Shown piece by piece: positions 19,783 through 29,385 of a DNA stretch of 64,000 nucleotides. Origin of the DNA: Bdellovibrio sp. (lineage in GTDB: Bacteria > Bdellovibrionota > Bdellovibrionia > Bdellovibrionales > Bdellovibrionaceae); NCBI GenBank assembly GCA_036676395.1, contig JAKFCY010000003.1:96001-160000 (forward strand), in the 5' to 3' direction. The translations under genes and the position numbers were made by a program. Each line of letters starts with the position of its first letter. Positions within the stretch are counted from its first letter, which is position 1. The notes beneath the pieces are model-generated. The model worked only from the letters and a program-made list of their open reading frames with translations, was not told the DNA's origin and searched no databases.

Positions 19783-21024
19783 TCAAAGATTTTGATAGAA
19801 GTTTTGCACGAGTGGATCAACAATAAACGAGCGCGGATTCCAGCGCACAATGTGTAATCCCGAAGCATCTCTAAGCCTTGAAAGTGCTACGTAAGCATGA
19901 CCGGGCTCCCATAAAGCACTTAAATCGCACCACAGCTCGTCTAGAGTAGCTCCCTGAGATTTATGAATCGTTGTCGCGTAAGCTAAAGTCAGCGGATATT
20001 GTATGACGCTAGCTCTCGCATTACCTTCCGCATCCAGCAAAGAAAAGGTCATTTTTTCAACTTTGACTTCGCGGCCGTAGTCTTTTTTAACGATCAAGTG
20101 CTGATCTTCTTCACCCACGATAATACCACGCGTGCCATTCACCCAGCGCTTTTGCATGTCGTTTTTTAAAAACATCACGCGGCAACCGATTTTAACTCGT
20201 AAAGTTTCAGGTACCGGCGATTGTTTTTTTAAATTTGTAACAAATTTTTCTTCACCAAAATAAATGGCTTCAAAGCTCATTTCTTTTTCGCTGATTTCAG
20301 CCAATCTTTTTTGATTATAATTTTCAGACTGTTCACGGCGCGGAAATAAACGCGTGCCCGGATGCTCTTCATCATGCGGTTTAGTGCGCTGATTTAAAAA
20401 ATCTGCGACCTTCTGAGTCATGCGCCCATTGCGGATTTCAGCCAGAACATCTAAAAATTCTGAGTCTTGTACCCGCTGATTATGTTTTAATTCACAAACT
20501 TGAAAGCCCGAGTTTTTCCAGACCGGACTTAAAAAACACCAGTCTCTTTTTTGCCCAGTTTTTGTCACCGGCGGCAGCTGGCCAAAATCACCAACGGCGA
20601 TCATGCGCATTCCACCCCAAGGTAATTTCGAATTTCTGGCTTTTTGCGCCAAAGCTTCAGCAATCATTAGGGCATCACCGGGTATCATCGAGATTTCATC
20701 AATAATACAGCCTTCGACTTTAGCTAGGCGTTTTAATATTTTGTTGTCTTTACTGGCACGCTCAAAGGTAGCGTCAGTTCCGCCCTCCATAATGCCTAGA
20801 CCAAAAAACGAGTGAAAAGTTCTGCCACCGAGCAGCACTGCCGCGGCTCCGGTGCTGGCTAAAATCGGCATAACTTTAGGATCTAAATCTTTTGTTAGTT
20901 CTTTAACGACAAAGGATTTACCGCTGCCCGCACCACCCGTAAGGAACACATTTTCGCCAGATCGCAATAATTCGAGGGCGTGAGCCTGTTCTTCTGAAAG
21001 TTGGACGGATTCTGTTTTTTTCAC
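19783..21024 (-). CDS. Pif1-family SF1B 5'-3' DNA helicase
   Basis: TGGAGSGKS, IIDEISM, GDFGQLPPV, TIHKSQG and YVALSR; GTG start. Confidence 0.92.
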   Translation of the reverse strand: MKKTESVQLSEEQAHALELLRSGENVFLTGGAGSGKSFVVKELTKDLDPKVMPILASTGAAAVLLGGRTFHSFFGLGIMEGGTDATFERASKDNKILKRLAKVEGCIIDEISMIPGDALMIAEALAQKARNSKLPWGGMRMIAVGDFGQLPPVTKTGQKRDWCFLSPVWKNSGFQVCELKHNQRVQDSEFLDVLAEIRNGRMTQKVADFLNQRTKPHDEEHPGTRLFPRREQSENYNQKRLAEISEKEMSFEAIYFGEEKFVTNLKKQSPVPETLRVKIGCRVMFLKNDMQKRWVNGTRGIIVGEEDQHLIVKKDYGREVKVEKMTFSLLDAEGNARASVIQYPLTLAYATTIHKSQGATLDELWCDLSALWEPGHAYVALSRLRDASGLHIVRWNPRSFIVDPLVQNFYQNL

Positions 21025-21123
21025 AACAGCTATACTAACCGTGTTATGACCTCAGTCAAAACGTAATCTCTTACCAGAAATGTTGTTGCTGCATGTCTTG
21101 GCTAGGCCTATACTGTTTCACCA

Positions 21124-21480
21124 ATGACTTACGAATTTAAACAAAAACTACCTAACCCTAATTTTGAAAATGTCTTTGATGTCACAGCCGAAGAAGTTAG
21201 AAGCAATGCTCAAAATCTAACGTTAATCGATGTGCGCCAACCGGAAGAATACACTGGAGAACTTGGACACGTTCATAATGCTCAATTAGTGGTGTTAGGT
21301 GAAATTCCAAACCAAATTAAAAATATTCCAACCGATAAACCGGTCGTGTTTATTTGCCGTTCAGGCATGCGCTCTGCTCAAGCCAGTGCCTACGCTTATT
21401 CGCTGGGAATCACGAATACCTACAATATGCTTGGTGGCATGTTGTTATGGAACAAACTCTCACTCCCAGTAGAAAACTAA
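21124..21480 (+). CDS. Rhodanese-like domain protein
   Basis: LIDVRQPEEY, CRSGMRS and GGM.LW. Confidence 0.92.
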   Translation: MTYEFKQKLPNPNFENVFDVTAEEVRSNAQNLTLIDVRQPEEYTGELGHVHNAQLVVLGEIPNQIKNIPTDKPVVFICRSGMRSAQASAYAYSLGITNTYNMLGGMLLWNKLSLPVEN

Positions 21481-21500
21481 CCAATACAGAAAGTACCTTA

Positions 21501-22880
21501 ATGTCGACAGAAAAAGTTTACGTCAACAGAACCTTGAACCTTAAAAAAATCAAATACATCGGTCTTGATATGGATCACACTTTGGTCCGCTACAATACTG
21601 AAAATTTTGAGCGCCTTTCACACACTACAATTATCGACAAGTTAGTGAATAAAAAAGGCTACCCAGAAATCGTTAAAAAATTCACCTTTGATTTTAATTT
21701 CGCATTACGCGGATTAGTGATCGATCGCCAACGCGGAAATTTATTAAAATTAAATCGCTACACGGCAATTCGTAATTCATTTCATGGTTTAAAACCTTTG
21801 GATTATAAAATTCACAGAAAAATGTATCACTCTACCTACATTGATTTATCAAAATCTGACTATTTAGCGGTAGATACAAGTTTTTCTTACTCACTAGCTC
21901 ACGCTTATTCGCAATTAGTGGATTTAAAAGATAGCGATCCTACTTTAAAATTACCTGAGTACTCAATCATTGCTGATGATGTTTTAGATGCTTTAGATGA
22001 AGCTCACCGCGACGGATCACTAAAAGATGCTGTTCGCAAAAATGTTGAACACTACATCATCAAAGATGAAAATGTTGTGCGCGCTTTAGAAAAATATAAA
22101 AAGCACGGTAAGAAAATTTTTATCGTAACAAATTCTGAATTTCATTATTCAAAATTATTATTAGATTATGCAATTAATCCATTTTTAAAAGATCACAAAT
22201 CTTGGGTCGATCTTTTTGAGTTCGTAGTTACGTTTGCGCAAAAACCTAAATTCTTCTACGAAGATGCTAGATTCTTAAGAGTAAATCCAGAAGATGGCAC
22301 AATGACCAACGTTGAAGGTAAATTGACTCCGGGTGTGTACCAAGGCGGAAATGCGAAGAAATTCACTTCAACATTAGATCTTGAAGGTGATGACATCCTT
22401 TACATCGGCGATCACATTTACGGCGACATCTTACGCTTAAAAAAAGATTGCAACTGGCGTACCGCAATGATCATCGAAGAGCTTGAGCATGAGATTAAAC
22501 AAAACAGAACAGCTGAACCTCTTATGGAAGAAATTGATTCTTTAATGAAACAAAAAGAGCCATTAGAAGATCATTTAACTGATTTAATGACTCAAAAATA
22601 CGAACGTTTAACAAAAGTTGATGAAACTAAAATCGACCAATTACAAAAAGACATTGGTGATTTTGACACTCAGATCAGCCAGCTCATTAAAAAACAGCAA
22701 GCGCTTTACAACCCTAACTGGGGTCAGTTAATGCGCGCTGGAAATGAAGAAAGTTATTTTGCGTATCAAATGGAACGTTATGCCTGCGTCTACATGAGTA
22801 AGGTGCAAGATCTTTTTGATCTATCACCAAGAACTTACTTTAGAGCACCACGACGTCCACTAAGTCACGAAGTCGAATAA
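21501..22880 (+). CDS. HAD-superfamily IG 5'-nucleotidase (cN-II-like)
   Basis: GLDMDHTLVRY, VTNS, KPKFF and YIGDHIYGDI; start at ATG 21501. Confidence 0.92.
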   Translation: MSTEKVYVNRTLNLKKIKYIGLDMDHTLVRYNTENFERLSHTTIIDKLVNKKGYPEIVKKFTFDFNFALRGLVIDRQRGNLLKLNRYTAIRNSFHGLKPLDYKIHRKMYHSTYIDLSKSDYLAVDTSFSYSLAHAYSQLVDLKDSDPTLKLPEYSIIADDVLDALDEAHRDGSLKDAVRKNVEHYIIKDENVVRALEKYKKHGKKIFIVTNSEFHYSKLLLDYAINPFLKDHKSWVDLFEFVVTFAQKPKFFYEDARFLRVNPEDGTMTNVEGKLTPGVYQGGNAKKFTSTLDLEGDDILYIGDHIYGDILRLKKDCNWRTAMIIEELEHEIKQNRTAEPLMEEIDSLMKQKEPLEDHLTDLMTQKYERLTKVDETKIDQLQKDIGDFDTQISQLIKKQQALYNPNWGQLMRAGNEESYFAYQMERYACVYMSKVQDLFDLSPRTYFRAPRRPLSHEVE

Positions 22881-22883
22881 TAA

Positions 22884-22909
22884 AGGTAGGCCGTCCCTTT
22901 TTGGGGAGC
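22884..22909 (+). repeat. 26-bp REP-like repeat, copy 1
   Basis: AGGTAGGCCGTCCCTTTTTGGGGAGC, identical to 23605-23630. Confidence 0.85.
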
Positions 22910-22948
22910 GGCGAATCAAATTTACAAATAGCGAAAGGAAAACGCATT

Positions 22949-23596
22949 ATGAAAAAAACAATCACTCTAGTTATCACGGCAGCGGCTTTAATTTTATCGA
23001 GCTGTGCTTCTGAAAATAAAAACACTCAAAAAGGTGCTGGTATCGGCGCTTTAGCTGGTGCTGCTGTTGGCGCTATCATTGGTCACCAAACTGGTAACCG
23101 CGCAAAAGGTGCTGCTGCAGGCGCATTACTTGGTGCTGGTATCGGCGGATACGCTGGTCACCGTATGGATCAACAAGCTAAAGAATTAGAAAAAATCGCT
23201 GAAACTAAACGTACTGAACAAGGTTTAGTAACTAAATTAAAAAGCGATATCTTATTTGAAACTGGTAAGGCTGATTTAAAACCAACAGCTAAAACTAATC
23301 TTAAAGAGATGGCTACAATCATGAAAAAATATCCAGAAAACGTTTTAGCCGTTAAAGGTTATACAGACGCAACTGGTACAGATAAAACTAACCAAACTTT
23401 ATCGCAAAAACGTGCTGACGCTGTAAAAAAAGAATTAACAGCTAACGGTATTCCAACAACTGTTGTTTCAACTCAAGGTTTAGGCCCTGCTAACCCAGTA
23501 GCTGACAACACTTCTGCTGACGGCCGCAAACAAAACCGTCGCGTAGAAATCGAAGTAACAGTCGACGAATCAAAAGTTCCTGCTGAGAAAAAATAG
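22949..23596 (+). CDS. OmpA-family lipoprotein with glycine zipper (YiaD-like)
   Basis: Lipobox LSSC, GAxxGA zipper, OmpA C-terminal GYTD..NQTLSQKRA..NRRVEI; RBS AAGGA before ATG 22949. Confidence 0.93.
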   Translation: MKKTITLVITAAALILSSCASENKNTQKGAGIGALAGAAVGAIIGHQTGNRAKGAAAGALLGAGIGGYAGHRMDQQAKELEKIAETKRTEQGLVTKLKSDILFETGKADLKPTAKTNLKEMATIMKKYPENVLAVKGYTDATGTDKTNQTLSQKRADAVKKELTANGIPTTVVSTQGLGPANPVADNTSADGRKQNRRVEIEVTVDESKVPAEKK

Positions 23597-23604
23597 GTAA
23601 AATT

Positions 23605-23630
23605 AGGTAGGCCGTCCCTTTTTGGGGAGC
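23605..23630 (+). repeat. 26-bp REP-like repeat, copy 2
   Basis: Identical direct copy of 22884-22909. Confidence 0.85.
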
Positions 23631-23643
23631 TACGAGTCACAAT

Positions 23644-23676
23644 AAAAACCCACGTCTATAAAACGTGGGTTTTTTT
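23644..23676. terminator. Bidirectional intrinsic terminator
   Basis: AAAAACCCACGT-ctataaa-ACGTGGGTTTTTTT between converging transcripts. Confidence 0.85.
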
Positions 23677-23740
23677 ATGCCTGAGCGATGATACCTGAAC
23701 CGCTTAATAAAATCAGCGTTGCGAAAGCTACTTCTTTCAT
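23675..23740 (-). CDS. 21-aa small ORF (MKEVAFATLILLSGSGIIAQA)
   Basis: RBS AAGGAG 7 nt before the ATG; hydrophobic signal-like peptide; the stop runs into the terminator. Confidence 0.5.
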   Translation of the reverse strand: MKEVAFATLILLSGSGIIAQA

Positions 23741-23846
23741 AGAAATCTCCTTGTTAAAGACATTTCTAGCGCTGAATTAAGCATTAATATAATGAATAAA
23801 AGCTTATTTTATAATAAGCAAAATTAATGATTTAGCCCGCAAAACA

Positions 23847-24602
23847 CTATTTGCCTAATAGAATCATATAATCAGCATCACCAGTGATATCCATTAATCC
23901 AATGCGTGGAGCCGGAACTTGTTGTAGTTTTACTAAATCAATACGGCGACGAATCGCTCGTGATTTATTGATTATGCCACACGCCCAGGGTGAAGTTCCG
24001 GTTTTATCTTCGGTGTCACACTTAAATAAAGTCTGGCGCTCCTCTTCAAGAACAGCCGGAAAAAATCCAAGCGAAAAAGCGAAGGGTTTAAGTTGTGTAA
24101 GTTCTTTGATTTTTCCATGCGGGTTAGCCTGAATAAAATTTGTAGAATAAATGGCGGCCGTAATCACTAAAATCTTTTTATCTTTGTTGGCGTTAATTAG
24201 TTCTGCGGCTTCAACGAAATTTTCTTTTAAAAGTATTTCGTGAGTCATCCCAAATTCTTTTTCGATTTCTGCAGCTAACATTAATTCTTTATCAACGATA
24301 ACGAGATCGAAAGGCCCATTCTGCTTTTCAATTTCTTGTTTCAGTAACTGACTAAGATCAATTTGAGCTTTGTTTTCTGGTTCATAGCCGATCCAAAAAT
24401 ACTTTTGTTTGCCGATTTCTGTCTGTAAACTTTGTTCAATCGAAGTTACAAATTCGGCGTTATCTTTAAAGTAACTTAATTTAATTTTTGGAACAGAGGT
24501 TTGCGAATCTGCCCCCGAAAAATGAATCACCAGTGCTCCTGCCACGAGGCACAAGAGCAGCGTAAACAAAATTGGGCGATAACTAGGCTTTTGTTTGTTC
24601 AT
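23847..24602 (-). CDS. Membrane-anchored hypothetical protein
   Basis: 251-aa ORF with N-terminal TM helix and RBS AAGGA. Confidence 0.7.
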   Translation of the reverse strand: MNKQKPSYRPILFTLLLCLVAGALVIHFSGADSQTSVPKIKLSYFKDNAEFVTSIEQSLQTEIGKQKYFWIGYEPENKAQIDLSQLLKQEIEKQNGPFDLVIVDKELMLAAEIEKEFGMTHEILLKENFVEAAELINANKDKKILVITAAIYSTNFIQANPHGKIKELTQLKPFAFSLGFFPAVLEEERQTLFKCDTEDKTGTSPWACGIINKSRAIRRRIDLVKLQQVPAPRIGLMDITGDADYMILLGK

Positions 24603-24782
24603 AGTGTGATATCCTTTATGTACGTGTATTTAAACGCTTTTGGGCAAAATACTCTATTGCGTTTGAAATAAAAAGTGTTATGTTTCGGGCATAGAGTATA
24701 GACTCTAAGTAAAGCGAATAAGCTTTAAATATTTAATTGGACTTGATCGAAAGTTAGATAATCGACAGGTACCGGAGAAAAT

Positions 24783-25463
24783 ATGGAAAATGTTCTAATT
24801 ATAGGCCACGGCCGACTTGCGAAGCATCTGATTCATTGGTGCTCTCTATTACAAAAAAATGTCAGTCATTGGCATCGTGCTGATGCAGCAAAACCCCTTA
24901 ATTTAAAAAATATCGATTATATTTGGTTAGCGATTAGCGATAACGCCTTGATTTCTTTTTACGAAGAATCACTAAAACCTGTTTTATCAGGCCAAAAAGT
25001 TGTGCACTTCAGCGGAACCGTGCATCACGCAGAGATGATCTCAGCTCATCCGTTAATGACTTTTTCTCACGATCTTTATGATCTAGCGACATACAACAAA
25101 ATTTATTTCGGTTTAACTGGAACGGATTCCTTAGCTGAAGCCTTACCGGGTTTCACCAATCTATCTTTTAAAGTGCGTGCCGAAGATAAACCACTTTATC
25201 ACGCTCTATGCGTAACTGCCGGCAATTTGCCTCAACTCATCTGGAGCGAAACTGAAGCGCAGTTTGCGGATTTGAAAATCCCTAAAGCCGCAGTTAAAAA
25301 TTTCTTACAGCAAGGTTTAACTAATTTTTTCGCTCTTGGTCCAAGTGCCGTGACTGGGCCGATCGTGCGTAAAGACACTGCGACGATTGCAAAAAATCTT
25401 TCTGCTTTAGAAAAAGTGAATTTAAAACTTAAAAATATTTATCAAAGTTTTTTACAAGGATAA
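24783..25463 (+). CDS. panG: Rossmann/DUF2520 oxidoreductase, probable PanG-type ketopantoate reductase
   Basis: IIGHGRLA, HFSG, HPLMTF, YHALCV.AGN and TGPIVRKD; first gene of the pan operon. Confidence 0.75.
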   Translation: MENVLIIGHGRLAKHLIHWCSLLQKNVSHWHRADAAKPLNLKNIDYIWLAISDNALISFYEESLKPVLSGQKVVHFSGTVHHAEMISAHPLMTFSHDLYDLATYNKIYFGLTGTDSLAEALPGFTNLSFKVRAEDKPLYHALCVTAGNLPQLIWSETEAQFADLKIPKAAVKNFLQQGLTNFFALGPSAVTGPIVRKDTATIAKNLSALEKVNLKLKNIYQSFLQG

Positions 25464-25467
25464 TGCC

Positions 25468-26259
25468 ATGAAAACAATTCTGGATTTCGCTAATAAAAAA
25501 GTTAAAAAAGAAAAATTCTCGATGGTCACTTGTTACGACTACGGTTTTGCAAAAATCGTGGCCGAATCAAAGGTAGATACCATTTTAGTCGGAGATTCAT
25601 TAGCGCAAGTTATCCACGGGTTTCCCAACACTCTTCATGCAACGATTGAAATGATGGCGCTCCACACAGCGGCTGTGGCTCGCGGTGCCGGAAATAAATT
25701 TATCGTGGCTGATATGCCCTTCATGTCGACGCGCAAAGGTTTAGAAACCGCAATGAATGATGTGCAAAAGTTAATGGTTGCAGGTGCGCATGCGGTAAAA
25801 ATTGAAAATGCTGATGGCCATGCTGAATTAATTAAACACATTGTTGAATCAGGTGTTCCTGTGATGGGCCATTTAGGCTTAACGCCGCAATCGATTCATC
25901 AATTGGGCGGCCCTAAAATTCAAGGCCGTACCCAAAACAGTGCCGAAAAATTATTGAACGATGCTTTCATCATGGAACAAGCTGGTTGTTTTTCATTAGT
26001 GCTTGAATGTATTCCATCAGTGTTAGCCGCAAAAGTAACTGAAAGTTTAAAAATTTCTACAATCGGAATTGGTGCGGGTGTTGAAACCGACGGCCAAGTT
26101 CTGGTGTTAAACGATATGTTAGGCATGACTCCGGATTTTAGCCCAAAATTTTTAAAGAAATTTGGCCAAGGTCATGACCACACTTTAACAGCATTAAACC
26201 AATACGCCACTGAAGTAAGTGATAAGTCATTTCCTAAACCAGAAAATGGGTATGAGTAA
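25468..26259 (+). CDS. panB: 3-methyl-2-oxobutanoate hydroxymethyltransferase
   Basis: TCYD, LVGDS, ADMPFMS and GHLGLTPQ. Confidence 0.97.
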   Translation: MKTILDFANKKVKKEKFSMVTCYDYGFAKIVAESKVDTILVGDSLAQVIHGFPNTLHATIEMMALHTAAVARGAGNKFIVADMPFMSTRKGLETAMNDVQKLMVAGAHAVKIENADGHAELIKHIVESGVPVMGHLGLTPQSIHQLGGPKIQGRTQNSAEKLLNDAFIMEQAGCFSLVLECIPSVLAAKVTESLKISTIGIGAGVETDGQVLVLNDMLGMTPDFSPKFLKKFGQGHDHTLTALNQYATEVSDKSFPKPENGYE

Positions 26260-27018
26260 ATGAAACAGACTAAAGTGATCGAACGACCGCAAGATTTGAT
26301 TGAATACCGTAAAAAGTATTCTTCGATTGGTTTCGTACCAACGATGGGCGCTTTACATGCCGGTCATGCAAGCCTGATGAAACAAGCAAGTTCAGAAAAT
26401 GAACTGACTATCGCTAGTATTTTTGTGAACCCTACGCAGTTTAACAATGCGACTGATTTAGAAAAGTATCCAAAAACTTTCGAAAACGATTTAAAGATCG
26501 CTTCTGAAAATGGCGTAGATATTTTATTTTTTCCGCAATATGCAGATATTTATCCAGACGGTTACCGTTTTAAAGTTACAGAAAATGATTTTTCGACAAA
26601 ACTTTGCGGGGCTCACCGTCCAGGTCATTTTGATGGTGTATTAACTGTTGTTCTTAAATTATTACAAATCACTGGATGCACTAAAGCGTATTTTGGTCTT
26701 AAAGATCACCAGCAATATAAATTAATCAGTGATATGGCGAAAAGTTTGTTTTTACCAATTGAAATTATTGGTTTACCGACAGTGCGTGAAGCTTCTGGCT
26801 TAGCTATGAGTTCGCGTAATATGCGTTTAAGCCCTGAAGGTAAAGACAAAGCAAGTCTGATCTATAAAACGATCACGCAAAAAATTACTCCACAAGAAGC
26901 TAACCAGATTTTAACGAAAAATGGTTTTGTGGTGGATTACTTAGAAGATATCGCAGATCACAGATACGTAGCTGCAAGCTTAGAAGGGATCAGGTTGATT
27001 GATAATGTTGAAATCTAA
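26260..27018 (+). CDS. panC: Pantoate--beta-alanine ligase
   Basis: VPTMGALHAGH, SIFVNPTQF, RPGHFDGV, GLAMSSRN and RLIDN. Confidence 0.97.
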   Translation: MKQTKVIERPQDLIEYRKKYSSIGFVPTMGALHAGHASLMKQASSENELTIASIFVNPTQFNNATDLEKYPKTFENDLKIASENGVDILFFPQYADIYPDGYRFKVTENDFSTKLCGAHRPGHFDGVLTVVLKLLQITGCTKAYFGLKDHQQYKLISDMAKSLFLPIEIIGLPTVREASGLAMSSRNMRLSPEGKDKASLIYKTITQKITPQEANQILTKNGFVVDYLEDIADHRYVAASLEGIRLIDNVEI

Positions 27019-28213
27019 CACAAACCCGAAGTTATTATTTATCCTGACTGGATCAATTGCTTTATACAAAGTAATGAATGTTCTTAGTCATTTTAAAAAA
27101 CTAAATTATCAAATTAAAGTTGTAGCCACAGAATCAGCCTTAAAGTTTGTTGGCGTTTCTACAATCGAAGGTTTAACTTCTGAAAAAGTGCATGTCGATC
27201 TATATGCTAACGGATCAAATATGGATCATATCCATTTAGTTCGTTGGGCTGATGCTATTGTGGTGGCACCAGCAACAGCAAATTACATTAATAAATTAGC
27301 TACCGGCATTGCCGATGATTTAGCTTCAACTTTATTTTTAGCGCATGATTTTACTAAACCCTTTGCGGTGTTTCCGGCGATGAATACAAAAATGTACCAA
27401 CACCCGTCGACACAAAAATCAATTAGCCAGTTAAAATTTTGGGGCGTTGAGATATTAGAATCAGCTTCTGGCGTATTAGCCTGCGGTGAAATCGGAGTCG
27501 GTCGCTTACTTGAACCTGAACAAATGATCACAGCGATTGAGAACTTACAATGGCCAGTTAATGTAACTAAACCGACTGGCACGCCAATCACAAAAGCTAA
27601 AAAGATTTTAATTTCTTCTGGCGGCACGCAAGAGCCAATTGATGATATTCGCGTCATTACGAACAAAAGCAGCGGTAAAACAGCAGCTCAGATCGCTGAT
27701 CAATTTATCGCTAATGGTTTTACCGTGACGTACTTAGCTGCAGAAACGGCGAAATTGCCAACTTTAGAATGTGAAGTAATTAGGTACACAAGTTTTCAAA
27801 GTTTAGAAAAAAAATTACGCGAGCTTTTACCACAAAACTATTCTACTTTCATTCATGCAGCTGCTGTCAGCGATTATTCAGTGGTGCCGACCGAAGGTAA
27901 AATCAATTCTGATAGCGAAGAATTAACGATTAAACTTAAACGTAACCCTAAATTGATCGATTTAGTTAAAAAATTAAGTCCAACAACAAAATTAGTCGGC
28001 TTTAAATTAACTTCTACAACCGATGAAAAACTAGTTTCTGCGAAGATCACTAAACTTTTTGAAAATTCAAAATGTGATGTTGTCATTCATAATGACTGGC
28101 CATCAGTGAACTCGGATAAACACTTATTTAACATGCACAGTAAAACTAATCCTGTAAAAACAAACTTAACCCTTGATGATCTTGCGCAAGAACTCATTAC
28201 GGAGGCTTTATGA
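27005..28213 (+). CDS. coaBC: Phosphopantothenoylcysteine decarboxylase/ligase
   Basis: [40 protein letters not shown] and AAVSDY. Confidence 0.95.
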   Translation: MLKSNTNPKLLFILTGSIALYKVMNVLSHFKKLNYQIKVVATESALKFVGVSTIEGLTSEKVHVDLYANGSNMDHIHLVRWADAIVVAPATANYINKLATGIADDLASTLFLAHDFTKPFAVFPAMNTKMYQHPSTQKSISQLKFWGVEILESASGVLACGEIGVGRLLEPEQMITAIENLQWPVNVTKPTGTPITKAKKILISSGGTQEPIDDIRVITNKSSGKTAAQIADQFIANGFTVTYLAAETAKLPTLECEVIRYTSFQSLEKKLRELLPQNYSTFIHAAAVSDYSVVPTEGKINSDSEELTIKLKRNPKLIDLVKKLSPTTKLVGFKLTSTTDEKLVSAKITKLFENSKCDVVIHNDWPSVNSDKHLFNMHSKTNPVKTNLTLDDLAQELITEAL

Positions 28214-28980
28214 TTTTATCTTTAGATGTTGGTAACACACAAATTTACGGCGGAGTCTTTGAAGGCGATAAAATGCTTATCGCGTTTCGTAAAAATTCAA
28301 AATCTGGTTCGTCTTCAGACGAAGTGGGCATTTTCTTACGAACTGTAATTAAAGAAAATGGCCTTGACCCTAAAAAAATTGAAAAAATTGTTTTATGTTC
28401 AGTCGTTCCTGAAGTGATTTATTCGCTTAAAGGGGCCTGCCAAAAATATTTCGGGATTAACCCATTTATTTTACAAGCCGGTGTTAAAACTGGTTTAAAA
28501 ATTAAATACCGTAACCCGCTTGAAGTAGGTGCTGATCGTATTGCCAATGCCGTAGCTGCTACGCAAATGCACCCACAGAAAAACTTAGTTATCGTAGATC
28601 TTGGCACTGCCACTACATTTTGCGCAGTGAGTGCCGATCGTGATTATTTAGGTGGATCAATTATCGCTGGTCTTAAATTAAGCATGGAATCTTTAGAAGC
28701 AAAAACCGCGAAACTTCCTTCTGTCGAGATCGTGCCGCGTACTGAAGCGTTAGGTCTATCAACAGTTGAAAGTTTGCAATCAGGGCTTTATTACGGCCAT
28801 CTGGGTGCTATGCGCGAGATCATCAGTAAAATTTCACAAGAATGTTTTAAAGGCGAAAAACCTTTTGTGATCGGCACTGGTGGTTTTTCATCGTTATTTG
28901 AAAAAGAAAAAATATTTGATCTGATTGCTCCAGATCTAGTATTAAAAGGCAACTTGATCGCATTAGAGAAAAATACGTAA
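28210..28980 (+). CDS. coaX: Type III pantothenate kinase
   Basis: [23 protein letters not shown] and TGG. Confidence 0.95.
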   Translation: MILSLDVGNTQIYGGVFEGDKMLIAFRKNSKSGSSSDEVGIFLRTVIKENGLDPKKIEKIVLCSVVPEVIYSLKGACQKYFGINPFILQAGVKTGLKIKYRNPLEVGADRIANAVAATQMHPQKNLVIVDLGTATTFCAVSADRDYLGGSIIAGLKLSMESLEAKTAKLPSVEIVPRTEALGLSTVESLQSGLYYGHLGAMREIISKISQECFKGEKPFVIGTGGFSSLFEKEKIFDLIAPDLVLKGNLIALEKNT

Positions 28981-28993
28981 AGGAAACTGCATT

Positions 28994-29377
28994 ATGAAAA
29001 TCGATATGATGTATTCAAAAATTCACCGCGCAACAGTTACTGGTGCAGATTTAATGTATGAAGGATCAGTTTCTATTGATACGGCCTTACTTAAAAAAGC
29101 AAAAATGTACTTAAATCAAAAAGTCGACATTGTTAATTGCAACAACGGAGCTCGCTTTAGCACTTATATCATCGCTGGTAAAAAAGGCGAAGTTTGCCTA
29201 AACGGTGCAGCGGCAAGGCTTGTGCAAAAAGGCGATAAAGTAATTATTATTACATATGCTTCAATTGATATTGAAAAAGCTGAAAAGCACGAACCGACTG
29301 TGGTTTTTGTTGATGAAAAAAATCAGTTCGTTGAAAAGAAAAAACAAGAAAAACGCGCTACCAAAAGTAAGTACTAG
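28994..29377 (+). CDS. panD: Aspartate 1-decarboxylase
   Basis: KIHRATVT, YEGS cleavage site and LNGAAAR. Confidence 0.97.
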   Translation: MKIDMMYSKIHRATVTGADLMYEGSVSIDTALLKKAKMYLNQKVDIVNCNNGARFSTYIIAGKKGEVCLNGAAARLVQKGDKVIIITYASIDIEKAEKHEPTVVFVDEKNQFVEKKKQEKRATKSKY

Positions 29378-29385
29378 GTAGCGGC

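Noticed and set aside
21354..21500. N-terminal extension of the 5'-nucleotidase ORF
   Set aside because: It overlaps the rhodanese gene in another frame; family-like sequence starts at ATG 21501.
22884..23630. 26-bp repeats as a CRISPR array
   Set aside because: Only two copies, about 700 bp apart and enclosing a whole gene; no cas genes.
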